DNA from: Macrostomum lignano
Lineage: Eukaryota
Direction: 5' to 3'
Length of the DNA: 64,000 bases
NCBI GenBank assembly: GCA_002269645.1
Contig: NIVC01003903.1
Location: forward strand, 1 to 64,000
The notes beneath the pieces are model-generated. The model worked only from the letters and a program-made list of their open reading frames with translations, did no database searches and was not told the DNA's origin. A program made the translations under genes and the position numbers. Each line of letters begins with the position of its first letter. Positions within the stretch are counted from its first letter, which is position 1. This document shows positions 37,501 through 49,569 of the stretch, piece by piece.

Positions 37501-40169
37501 GTTGGGAAGGGAAGGGAGAATCGGGCATTAACCTAAGGGGGACTCTCTCAGGAGTAGAAGGGCGATTCTCTCAGGAGTAGAAGGGCGATTCTCTAATGAG
37601 TAGAACGGCGATTCTCTAATGAGTAGAAGGGCGATTCTCTCAGGAGTAGAAGGGCGATTCTCACGGGAGTAGAAGAGCAACTCTCTCAGGAGTAGAAGGG
37701 CGATTCTCTCAGGAGTAGAAGGGCGACTCTCTCAGAAGTAGAAGGGCGATTCTCTCAGGAGTAGAAGGGCGATTCTCTCAGGAGTAGAAGGGCGATTCTC
37801 TCGGGAGTAGAAGGGCGACTCTCTCAGGAGTAGAAGGGCGATTCTCTAATGAGTAGAACGGCGATTCTCACGGGAGTAGAAGGGCGACTCTCTCAGGAGT
37901 AGAAGGGCGATTCTCTCAGGAGTAGAAGGGCGATTCTCTAATGAGTAGAACGGCGATTCTCACGGGAGTAGAAGGGAGACTCTCTCAGGAGTAGAAGGGC
38001 GATTCTCTCAGGAGTAGAAGGGCGATTCTCACGGGAGTAGAAGGGCGACTCTCTCAGGAGTAGAAGGGCGACTCTCTCAGGAGTAGAAGGGCGACTCTCT
38101 CAGGAGTAGAAGGGCGACTCTCTCAGGAGTAGAAGGGCGATTCTCTCAGGAGTAGAAGGGCGACTCTCTCAGGAGTAGAAGGGCGATTCTCACGGGAGTA
38201 GAAGGGCGACTCTCTCAGGAGTAGAAGGGCGATTCTCTCAGGAGTAGAAGGGCGATTCTCACGGGAGTAGAAGGGCGACTCTCTCAGGAGTAGAAGGGCG
38301 ATTCTCTCAGGAGTAGAAGGGCGATTCTCACGGGAGTAGAAGGGCGACTCTCTCAGGAGTAGAAGGGCGACTCTCTCAGGAGTAGAAGGGCGATTCTCAC
38401 GGGAGTAGAAGGGCGACTCTCTCAGGAGTAGAAGGGCGATTCTCTCAGGAGTAGAAGGGCGATTCTCACGGGAGTAGAAGGGCGACTCTCTCAGGAGTAG
38501 AAGGGCGATTCTCTCAGGAGTAGAAGGGCGATTCTCACGGGAGTAGAAGGGCGACTCTCTCAGGAGTAGAAGGGCGATTCTCTCAGAAGTAGAAGGGCGA
38601 TTCTCACGGGAGTAGAAGGGCGACTCTCTCAGGAGTAGAAGGGCGACTCTCTCAGGAGTAGAAGGGCGACTCTCTCAGGAGTAGAATGGCCATTAGAAGA
38701 GCCATTCTCAAAGTCCTATTCTCATAATTATCAAGCCGCTCACATCCTTGTCGAACTCCAGAAACACCTTGAAAATGTCGTCCTCGCGCAATTTCGGGTG
38801 CTCGGCGATGCGCCGCAGAAAGACTTCGTGCATGGCGACCGTTTTCTTGAAGGTGGCCAGGTACTCGCTAGGAGACACGGCATGGTTGGGATATTGAAAC
38901 TTGAGTTCTGAATAGAAATCACACAAAAATATATTTCTGTCTTATTTATGACTACTCCAGACTGTTGTGAGCCCCCACTCTTAGACTGATGACCCTCAAC
39001 TTTAGACTGTTGTGAGCCCCCACTCTTAGACTGATGACCCCCAACTTTAGACTGTTGTGAGCCCCCACTCTTAGACTGATGTGACCCCTCCCCCCAAATT
39101 TTAGACTGATGTGACCCCAGTCCCCTTAACTCCAGACTGATGTGATTTCCCTAACCCCAGACTGATGTGACCCCCCTAACTTCAGACTGATGTGACCCCC
39201 CTAACCCCAGAATGATGTGACCCCCCTAACCCCAGACTGATGTGACCCCCCTAACCCCAGACTTATGTGACCCCCCAACTTTTGACTAATGTGACCCCCA
39301 CTCTAAAAGTGATGTGACTTCCCACTCTTAGACTGATGTGACCCCCCTAACCCCAGACTGATATGACCTCCCTAACTCCAGACTGATATGACCCCACCTA
39401 ACTCCAGACTGATGTGACCCCCCTAACTCCAGACTGATGTGACCCCCCTAACTCCAGACTGATATGACCCCCCTAACTCCAGACTGATGTGACCCCCCTA
39501 ACCCCAGACTGATGTGACCCCCCTAACTCCAGACTGATGTGACCCCCCTAACCCCAGACTGATGTGACCCCCCTAACTTCAGACTGATGTGACCCCCCTA
39601 ACCCCAGAATGATGTGACCCCCCTAACCCCAGACTGATGTGACCCCCCCAACTTTTGACTAATGTGACCCCCACTCTAAAAGTGATGTGACTTCCCACTC
39701 TTAGACTGATGTGACCCCCCTAACCCCAGACTGATGTGACCCCCCTAACTCCAGACTGATGTGACCCCCAACTCCCGACTCACGCCTCCAGCTCGGACTT
39801 CATTTTGTCGTACTCCTCCTTGGACATGGAGCTCTCGCCCTCGCCCAGCCTGGCCAGTTTCTCTCTCGACGAAGAAAAATCCGGCGTCGGCGGCACCGGC
39901 GGGATAACGCAGCCGGCGTATTCGACATTCTCGGCCAGGCGGTCGGCCAGCCAGGCGAATTCTTCGTGTGTTCGAATAACGGAGAACTCTGGCCGGGCGA
40001 ACCGCGGCACCAGGCTGGTCACGGTGCGGATGGTGAACTTCACGCGCTCCTTTTCGCTGAGAGCGTCGGAGATTTCGACCCGCAAGTCGTTGCCATTGCC
40101 AAGGTCGACACTCTCGGTGCGACCCTGGCGACTGTCGGACAGGTCCACGTGGTGCTGCTCAAGCTCGTC
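34523..40169 (-). CDS. SNX6: Sorting nexin 5/6 (PX-BAR); exons 40169-39784, 38867-38744, 37496-37295, 37213-37135, 35653-35281, 34573-34523; initiator Met not in the genomic ORF
   Basis: [80 protein letters not shown]. All five introns are GT-AG with matching phases. Confidence 0.93.
34617..35245. repeat. 16-bp intronic minisatellite ataaagattcgagctc
   Basis: Directly visible. Confidence 0.93.
35775..37100. repeat. 25-bp intronic minisatellite atggtcatcacccacaatccataaa
   Basis: Directly visible. Confidence 0.95.
37545..38690. repeat. 23-bp intronic minisatellite attctctcaggagtagaagggcg
   Basis: Directly visible. Confidence 0.96.
38958..39775. repeat. ~24-bp intronic minisatellite ccagactgatgtgacccccctaac (G-tract-rich on the sense strand)
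   Basis: Directly visible. Confidence 0.93.
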
Positions 40170-40182
40170 CTGGCGCGGTTTG
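40170..40182 (-). promoter_or_regulatory. Unpaired splice acceptor (aaaccgcgccag), candidate SL trans-splice site of SNX5/6
   Basis: Phase 0 with the ORF. An in-frame TAA lies about 33 nt upstream with no ATG in between. Confidence 0.55.
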
Positions 40183-42397
40183 GAAATCGATTGTAATTGT
40201 TACTAGCATTCAATCCATGTATACTTTACCAATCGCTATGGGAACAGAAAAATGCTAAAATATGATGCTTATAGTTGGAATGCTTTTAATTATACATTTT
40301 AGAGTCTAATCTGATTATCATGTCAACAAACTTGAAGTAAATACTTTTTTGTGACATTTTTAAGATTAGGATAAAAAAATCTTAAACATATTAAGTCTTA
40401 AGTCTTAAACATACCCTCTCCCTAAACCTAGACTATTGGAGCCATGAAGGCAATATGCATGCAGAAAAATTCCTATACATAAATAGACAAAAAGTATTAA
40501 CTTTTTATGACATACAGTGCAATTTTGTTGTTATGAGAGAGGTTGAGGAGAAGTGGGGTACAAATGTTCATTGTTGCAATGTGTCACCCATTGCTTGCTT
40601 GCTTGTTCCTTCCTTCCTTTCCCCCTTCTGTTTTGTGTATATATATGAAAGAACCTGGAAGGTTTTTGTTGCTTTTGTACAGTACTTGCTAAATATATAG
40701 GAGCAACTGGCTCTTTGGAGCAACTTTTTATATAGCTCCAATGTAGATTCTTTGCAGGTCCTACATAAGACTAATTAAACAATGTCCAATGCAAGACAAT
40801 GAGATAATTAAACAATAGAAAATGTCCAAAAAGGAAAATATATTTAGATAGGCTTATTATTTAAAGTATTGAAAATGTAAAAAATATATTTAATTAATGT
40901 TGCAATAGTAATAATCTTTGAGATAATTTATATTAAGTATCTATAAGTGTATATAGCCAAAGACTTGGGCTTTCCAGTTGTAGTTACAAAGTTTAAGTGC
41001 CTAGTGCACAGTTGCTTTATTTATATTTTATCCGCATTAGAAAAATGATACCATTGATATTTCCAATATGTATCAATGTATATACATTGTTAGATATACC
41101 TATAGATTAAGATATATTATCTATAGATATACCAATCTGCATACGTTTTTTTTGTTTATAAGCCCTAGAATTTTCCAAAATAATATATATCTCCTTAAGA
41201 ATAGATAGACATATATTAATAAAAAGGGCAAAGGTTAGGCCAAAATATAATAGTATAATGGGGTTTGAGTTCTTGTATATCATTTAGTGTGCCATTGTTG
41301 TAAGTCTTTTTGCAAAGTAATTATTGGTATTTAATTATTTTATTTAATTGTACATCTGTATACATTGTTTGACATGTTAAGCAGATTAAGTTTAGACTAT
41401 TTTGTTAAAATCTTAATACTCCAATTTCAAATGACTATTAAATCATTTTGCATTTTCTTGCAAGCTGCTTGTTTAGTTTGTTGCTCATTGCTTTTGGCTT
41501 TGTGCTGGCTCTGATATTTAATAGATAAGTATACTAAATAGTTTGCAGATATTTGACTATTTTCAATAGCTCCCTATAATTTGCCTAGTTCACTTTTACT
41601 TTCTCATATATATAAATCCTAATCGACTGCTATACAACTCATCAACATCAACAAAAGAAAAGTAGGCTTAATAAAATTGTCACAATAGTCAATATATTTA
41701 AAATTATATAAAAATATTTAGGGCCCAACTTTTAGTATCATTTCAATTATATAATATTATAATAAAATTAAGCCTACTTAACACCTTAATATCTTTAAAT
41801 TAGCAATTTACAATTAAAGATTTATGCAACTAAAAATTTATAAATCCTAAGGAGAGTCAAAGCCCAATAATAAGGCAAAAAGAATAGTCCTTTATTTGGC
41901 AAATAAAAGGAACATATCGTACCTAGGCCTAATGCCAAAAATTGATCCTTTTTAATCTCTACTAGGCCTATATGTTTAGGCTTAACAAGGCATAAGCCAA
42001 AGGTCTTAATCTTATTTTTAAAATCCTAGTTTACTAAGGCATATTTAGTATCAATAATTTTGATTCTATCTAACCCCAATTTTAACCTATTTTATATTGC
42101 ATTAGGCCCTAGACTAAATGCAACATTGCAATTGTGCAAAAAATGCAAACATATCAAACAAAGCTAGGCCTAACTTTCTATTTTGTAAATGTAAAGCCTA
42201 AGGTTAAGCCTTGCTTTTGGCCTTGGAATTTAGCATGCCACTTTTTTAAATTAGGCCTAGGCCTAGGCCTAATGCTAGATTGCTTTTGCAAAAACATAGG
42301 CCTACCTGACCTTGGTAACAATAGGATATTTAACCTTGAGCATGGCTAGAAAAAAGCAATTGTTTTACTATTATTATATACATATATGCTCAACCTT

Positions 42398-42533
42398 GGG
42401 AATCACCCGGCCATTTCTATTGGCAACACACACATGTAAGTCACTATTGGCTGAGAGCAATCACGTGACTACTATTCCATCCAATAGCAACTTACATATG
42501 TGTGTTGCCAATAGAAATGGCCAGGCGAATCCC
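42398..42533. mobile_element. Tiny MITE-like palindrome
   Basis: ggccatttctattggcaacacacacatgtaagt (from 42409) pairs with acttacatatgtgtgttgccaatagaaatggcc (to 42522) with one mismatch; the imperfect pairing extends to about 45 bp. Confidence 0.7.
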
Positions 42534-42559
42534 TAGATTGCACCTAAGCATGATTATAT

Positions 42560-44246
42560 TGAGGCAGAAGGCCTTTTAGTTTCAATAGATGGAATGGCAG
42601 CAAAGATTTTGCGCTGCTTTGCGCGTATGCTTATATTACAAACAGCGCGAGATTATAGAGGGGTCTAGGGAGGTGCGCACATGTGGCGTGGCGTGATTGG
42701 CTGGGGGGGGGTTTCCAGTGCGGCTGCACTGGTGCTGCCGGTCGCGTAGACTGGCCGCCACACAGCTCCCCCCAGCACCGAGCTAGACCACGAACGTCGG
42801 GGTAGCCGAGGCAGCGAGAGCGCCAAGGAGCGGGCGCCAAAGGCGGCGGGGGCGCGAGGCGGGCGCCGAAGGCAGCAGCAGGGCGCCAGGCGGGAGCCGA
42901 AGGCGGCAGGGGCGCGAGGCGGGTGCCGAAGGCGGCGGGGCGCCGAAGGCAGCAGCAGGGCGCCAGGCGGGCGCCAAAAGCAGCAGGGCGCCAGGCGGGC
43001 GCCGATAGCAGCAGTGCACCAGGCGGGCGCCGATGGCAGCAGGTCTCCGAGCGGGCGCCGAGCGGGCGCCAAGCGGGCGCCGAAGGCAGCAGGGTGCCAG
43101 GCGGGCGCCAGACGGGCGCCGAAGGCGGCGGGGCGCCAGGCGGGCGCCGAAGGCAGCAGCAGGGCGCCAGGCGGGCGCCGAAGGCAGCAGGGCGCCAGGC
43201 GGGCGCCGAAGGCAGCAGGGCGCCAGGCGGGCGCCGATAGCAGCCAGCGGTGCTAACCTAGAAGTAGCTGCAGCGTGTGGCGCTGGTTGGTCCAATGCGG
43301 GGGCCGAAAAGCGAGACCCCAGGAGCTACCGGGGGGCGGGCTGACTGGGCCGATTTGTGCTGCTGGGCTGCGGTGCTGCTGCTAGCCTAGCGTCCCCAGC
43401 CTCTGTGCAGGAGCATCGATCCGGCTCACGGCGGCAACTGACTGTCAATTGCCTCTGGTGTGGTCCGGCCGCGCGCCCCTGCTGCCTTCGGCGCCCGCCT
43501 GGCGCCCTGCTGCTGCCTTTGGCGCCCGCCTGGCGCCCTGCTGCTGCCTTCTGCGCCCGTCTGGCGCCCTGCTGCTGCCATCGGCGCCCTGCTGCCTTCG
43601 GCGCCCGCCTGGTGCCCTGCTGCTGCCATTGGCGCCCTGCTGCCTTCGGCGCCCGCCTGGCGCCCTGCTGCTGCCTTTGGTGCCCGCCTGGCGCCCTGCT
43701 GCTGCCTTCGGCGCCCGCCTGGCGCCCTGCTGCTGCCTTCGGCGCCCGCCCGGCGCCTGCTTGGCGAGCTGCTGCCATCGGCGCCTGCTCAGCGACCTGC
43801 TGCCATTGGCGCCCGCTCAGCGACCTGCTGCCATTGGCGCCTGCTTGGCGACCTGCTGCCACTCCACGGCTGCGGTGCTGTTGTGCTGCGGTGCTGCCGT
43901 TGCAGTCGGCCAAGGCGGTTGGCTACCAGGACCGCACAGGGCCGACCAGGTAGGCCTAGCATTCCGCGCTGGGAGTCGGGCTCACCAATGAGGCGGAAGG
44001 CCTTTTAGTTTCAATAGATGGAATGGCAGCAAAGATTTTGCACTGCTTTGTGCGTATATTTATATTACAAACAGTGCGAGATTATAGAGGGGTCTAGGGA
44101 GGTGCGCACATGTGGCGTGGCGTGACCCTCGTAGCGAGCCGGCTAGCGCGGTGCGCCACCACCCCACCTCAGCTAGACAAAGGTTGGCGGGGGGGTTTCC
44201 AGTGCGGCTGCACTGGTGCTGCTAGTCGCGTAGTCTGGCCGCCACA
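42560..44246 (-). mobile_element. Non-autonomous LTR retroelement (TRIM-like): LTRs 42560-42762 and 43989-44246, non-coding inverted GC-rich interior
   Basis: Both direct repeats run TG...CA and are flanked by a 4-bp ATAT duplication. On the minus strand TGGTGAGCCCGAC (tRNA-Trp-like PBS) follows the 5' LTR and GGGGGGAG (PPT-like) precedes the 3' LTR. Confidence 0.8.
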
Positions 44247-46911
44247 ATATATTATTAATAAATAGTCAATAGAAAAAAAGTATTGAAGTATAGGCCTAGT
44301 GAAATAAAAATACTACTTATTTATTAATACAAAGTAATAAAAAGATCCACCCTTATTCTTAACAATATTAGGCCTATCAATTGACAAATTAATTAGATAA
44401 GAATAGAGAGGCTCTTTATAAATACTCTTTTATAAATATTACTGAGCTGTTTTTTTAAGGTTAGAAATTTAGTTGCCAGCTGGCCCTTGGGGCTCAAAAT
44501 CCAGTTGCCAATGGCTATTTTTGGTTGCCCATTGGCAACTTGCCAAATTCTTGAGGATAGATATTTCCGAGGCTCATTAAACATGTATGCACTGTATGAC
44601 TATGGGAATGAGACTGTCTGGGACTTGTTATTGACATTGTCAATTTTCGCAACTTATTATTTGCCATAACTTAGATTCATATAGGCCCTAGCACTTTTAT
44701 TACACTTGCAAAATCATTTTCTGGAAGTGGCAACTGGCACAAAGAAATGAAGTTGCCAGATTGGCCTCTGATGCCAAAAATCCAGTTGCCAATGAGATTT
44801 TCAAGGGGCAAAAAACCCCATATGGTCCAAAAATAAACCTAGCTAGGCCTACTGAGGCTCTTTTTTAGGCCTAATCTTCATTTATAAAAAAAGAGCAATT
44901 GTACATAAATGTACACAGATCATGAGTGATGTACTAATGCAATGTGTAGGGCCTACTAATGAGAATATTATGTCGTTATAATTCAAAGTTCTGCTTAAAA
45001 TAGCCTAGGGCCTATAGGGATTCAGTCATTCAGCAAATGAGTGAATACAGGTTACTAGGGTAAAAGCACTAGGCCCCTAGGTTACATAGACATTCGTTTG
45101 GTTTAGTATAGTAGTACTGGACTAACACCGATATGACTACACAGAAAAAATCGATAACAGCTGTCGATTAAATTAAAAAAACTATCAATATTTCCCGTCC
45201 GCTATTAAAACAATCTGTAGCTACTATTAGCTAGCTAGCAACATTACTTACAAGCATACTTTATTACAAGTTGTGCAAGATGTAAGCGTAGTTTATTATT
45301 TGCTTTATAGAGTCAGAGTCACGTCTACCAAAGCAGTACCAACGGTCCAAGTTAAATATTTAGTTTAGCCAAGCAAGTCAAAGTGAAAATAGTAAGGTCA
45401 GGGTCAGGCAGTCTTTAAATGTACACAAGTCAAGTGCTATACAATGTACGCCTAGCATGTAAATCAGATTCAGTAAAATTGAAAACGGCAGACGGCAGTA
45501 GATTAAAAACAACGATTACCTAAAGTTTTTAAATAAGCCGCGAAATTTTGATCAAATGCGGTTATCAAAGTTTTAAATGCTCGAGCCCATTTCAATTGTT
45601 AATATTTTTGTTAAAACAGTCAGTATAATCAATTCAGGGCTTTGACATCAGCCAGCTGATAATACAATGTCGGGGGGGGGGGGCGATTTGAACGATCATC
45701 AATTATGCCTCTAAGGCATCAACAATTAATTTGATTCCTTTTGTCGACGAAAAAGCATTAGAATCATTTACAGTAAATGCATACATCTAATTTCATTTCT
45801 AGTATATATCAGGACAGCAGACATTTTAAATTTTAAGTATAGGGGAATTAGTGGATGAAATAACTTTCATGTAGGTAGTAGATAACTGCTATAACTGTGC
45901 AGGGCACAAATTAAGAAGCCAAACGGGTTCTTCTTGACAAATAACCGAATAGCAAGAAGTCCCCCATTCGGGAACAAAAAGCGGCACCGCGCTTATATTA
46001 ATTTACGTTTTTAGCAGTAAGTGTATACCATGGCCTCTCACATTTAAGCAAAATCAATTTTTAGATTTTCCTACATAAAGCCGTTGAAAAGCCATAGTTT
46101 GTATTGATTGATGCACAAAGATAGAATTATCGCAGCTCAACCAATTGGGCATGCAGGCACGCGCGACTGAACGTACGCAGCTCTGTGTTTACAGCTATAT
46201 AAGGCTATGAGATTGAGTGGACCATGACTAGAACAACGAAAACAGAATACGTTGTCAGCCTTCACGCAGTCAAGCGATCGAGTCATGAGAGGCAGAAAAC
46301 GACGTCACAGGGCGCGTTAGAGAATAGCTGCTCAAGCTGCAGGGACTGCGCATGGCTAGGCCAAGTGAACGGCGAGATTCTATTCTCTGCCCCCTTTTCT
46401 CTCCTCTCTTCCCTCTTTCCTCCAAGAAAAACACCTACATCTAAATCAGAACTGTAATTTGATGAATAGATTAATATCAATGAAAAGCTGATAGAAAATG
46501 CTTATAGCCAAAGCTAGCGCGATCGCGGCTTGTAAATTACATTAACAGACGCGGCGGAGTGGCCGGCAAAGAAGGACCGGCATGCATATTATATGTGCGC
46601 ACTACTGAGGCCATGCAGAGAGGCGCGGTAGACAGGTAAAAATTAGAGAATTCTTCTCTCAGAGAAGAGCCAACCGTGAAAAGGAGATATATAAAAGAAA
46701 CAATGCACTTGTTGAGTATTTCATTAAATATATTTTCTTTCATAATTTTCACGAACGAACGTGCAGTAGTGATTTGTAAACGATCAAGCAAAACACAATC
46801 CATCAAACCTAAATTAAGCTATGATACAATAGCTATTTTATGATTTTATAGATGCAGCATATTATAATTAGTTTTGCAGGGCATACGATTATTTCAATTG
46901 AACTTGTTGCA

Positions 46912-47895
46912 TTAGGAATTAAAGACGAATCGCCGGAAACTGAACGTCAATCGACGCAGTCTGGCCGCCAGCTTCCCGTCTGCGGCTGCTGCTTGTTGCT
47001 GCTGAGGATGCAGCAGCTGAGGCGGTTGCAGCGCTGACGACGGAGGCGGCGGAGCTCGCCGTTTTGATGCCCGCCTGTAGTCCTCGCTGCTGGCTGAGCG
47101 TCGAACTGTGGCCACTGCAGTGATCGGTGTCGGGGGCGGCGGTCGAGGCGGTGGAGTGGGCAATCGCGGTGGCGGAGGTCGCTGCGGCGGCAGCTGCCGC
47201 GATGCAGATGACTCTTGGGTTGGCGAAGTCTCTAACTGAGGCGCAGTCTGCAGACGCGGCACCGGTCCGGCTTGGGGCGGAAGCAGGTCGTTCAGCAATG
47301 CGGGAAGTTGTATGCGACGCCAATCCTGCTGACCATCGGCGACAGACAATCCGGCGATCAGGTCGGCTAGAACTGCTTCAACTGCATTCAGCCGGGCAGC
47401 GTCACTTCGCTCGGGACTTGTCAATGCCGTGGAAAGCGCGCCTGGATCACTTCCTGTGCTTGAATTTGCAACACCGGAAGCAGCACCGGAGGCAACACCG
47501 GAAGCAACTTCAGAAGTAATTCCGGAAGCAACACCGGAAGTAAAATCTGAAGAAGTATCTATAGAAATAACATCAGAAGTATTCGTGCCTTCAGAAGCAA
47601 CACCAGAAGCGTAGATTGCCGCTCTACGCCGCTCGACCAAGCCAGCCAGGCAGACATTTCTGGGCAGCTCCAGTCCCGCAGGACAGCGGCCTCGGCAGAG
47701 CGGGCAGGCGTCACCGCCGGGCTGCTGACGCCAGTCGGTCAGGCAGGCGCAGCAGAAGCTGTGGCCGCAGGGCGTCACCCGTGGATCCTCAAACAGGCAG
47801 TCGCAGATGCTGCAGGTGAGATCCGCGTCATCGTCATCATTGGATAGATCTGCTCTGACTCGCTCAGAAGTTCCTAATCCGAGTTGTGACATCAT
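46912..47895 (-). CDS. RING-HC (C3HC4) finger protein with low-complexity, Pro-rich C-terminus
   Basis: CSICDCLFEDPRVTPCGHSFCCACL...CPLCR followed by N..L..LVE. Single exon; acceptor acacag lies 3 nt before the ATG. Confidence 0.85.
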   Translation of the reverse strand: MMSQLGLGTSERVRADLSNDDDDADLTCSICDCLFEDPRVTPCGHSFCCACLTDWRQQPGGDACPLCRGRCPAGLELPRNVCLAGLVERRRAAIYASGVASEGTNTSDVISIDTSSDFTSGVASGITSEVASGVASGAASGVANSSTGSDPGALSTALTSPERSDAARLNAVEAVLADLIAGLSVADGQQDWRRIQLPALLNDLLPPQAGPVPRLQTAPQLETSPTQESSASRQLPPQRPPPPRLPTPPPRPPPPTPITAVATVRRSASSEDYRRASKRRAPPPPSSALQPPQLLHPQQQQAAAADGKLAARLRRLTFSFRRFVFNS

Positions 47896-49569
47896 TGCCT
47901 GTGTGTGTGTGGAGGATTACATTTGCATACTCTTGTTAGGTACTCATAATAAACCTATGTGTATAAGTACGTATATTTTTATAAAAAATAGTGTCTTCAT
48001 TGAGTATACATATATAATCCATAGACATAAAGATTTTCCGTGACAATATTTGCAAGACTTTGTAAGTCTTTATAAGTCATTATAAATGTCTATGGTTTAT
48101 ACGAGATTACACATTTTCATAAATCCCTCGGGCCTTCGGCCCTCGTACTTTAGTCGCCCATGGTATCGAACTTTAGTCGAATCCGGTGGGGTTCTATTTA
48201 GTGCTAAAAAGTAATTCGTCTATGGCTGAAATCGCATTCTGGTGATTGAATAGCAAAGAAGTTCATAGGATTGTACATGCGACATAAAACGAGAAAACAG
48301 ACAGAACGGTAATACACTGTAGAATAATGGGTGAAAAAAGTAAGTGTAAATTCTCGCTTCATATTAACCTGCCATTACTTTACGTTGGTCTAGTAAATCT
48401 GCATTATAATCACAGTTCCCAGGATAGTTTTAGTACGAGTATATCATGGAAGTTGTATAAGGCTTGGCCACAGACTATGCTTTTAAAGGAGTCGGCCTCG
48501 CACTTTTTAACCACATGATTATAGCGAGTTGCCGCTGACAGTCAGTAGCTCAGTAGTAGTGTCGGGACATGGACAGATTAATTTTTTGCGCTCTTTACAA
48601 AATCATGCAGCTGGAATTTAAGGTCGATGTGCGTCTAAGCTACTAAAATTTGACTCGTGATTTTTGCATAGAGGTTAGCATACACGAATCTCATTTTTAT
48701 TTAATTATATCTAATAATACAGACCATCAAGTTCAACCAATAGACGAGATCAATCCTACACGACGCTGGAGAGGGTGGGGGAGGGGTAAGAGGGAAGAGG
48801 GGATTTTGAAAATTTCTAAAAATGAATCTCAATCCGCACCTATAATACAACACAGGAGATTTTGCCTTGGCATCAAATGAGAATGCTTGCGATCACAGAG
48901 TGGCACACCTTAGGTTTATGAATTTTGGTCTGAGCTCATGTGTAATGTAGCTTACACAGGTACGAGCCTGTGTAAGGAAATTGATAGCTACATATACGGG
49001 TAAAGCTAGAGTTTAAATGTTACTACGATGTCTGTCGCACTAGAAAGACTAAAATCTATAGCTAATGACAAAGCCACAAGCACATTGACATCTTGTAATC
49101 TATTTCACTTACCATTAGTTGACTAAATTTTGATAGGATTAACTGAATTAAGACGCTACAGGTTTAGCTCAAGCGGACCAGTATTAGATTCGATTCCACG
49201 CGGTAGTGCAAGCGGCGTCACAAGGCCCATGTCGAGCTACATGTACAGGTATAACAGCTATAGTAATCAGTATTTAACTCCCTACAGCTTTGGCCAGAAC
49301 AGACGGGGTTAAAGAATCGATAAATATTTCTCAGAATTTTCAGCTGTGTTTTCTCTGCTAAATGACAAAAGTGCGTTTAGTTAAACTGTACTCAGGGGAA
49401 TTGTGTACAATCCACTATCTGTCTGAGCTGCATGTACAATTATGTAGCACGGCTGCACAGAAGGGCTAAAGGACGACATTTCTACATTTTTCGCTTTTAA
49501 AACTAAAAAAACACTTGACGTCAATTGCTACAGATGGGGCGATTAGCGGCATTTACACTCATTTTGTGC

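Noticed and set aside
38958-39775. Interstitial telomeric repeat
   Set aside because: CCCTAA occurs once per ~24-bp unit, not as tandem hexamers.
42665-44008. Many overlapping Ala/Arg/Cys-rich ORFs in the LTR element
   Set aside because: Produced by GC-rich repeats in all six frames; no gag, RT or integrase motifs.
48126-48146. gggccTTCGgccc hairpin as a Helitron 3' end or terminator
   Set aside because: No CTRR terminus, matching 5' end or second copy was found.
49130-49312. Short Tyr/Ser-rich ORF
   Set aside because: TTG start, no splice support and no homology recognised.
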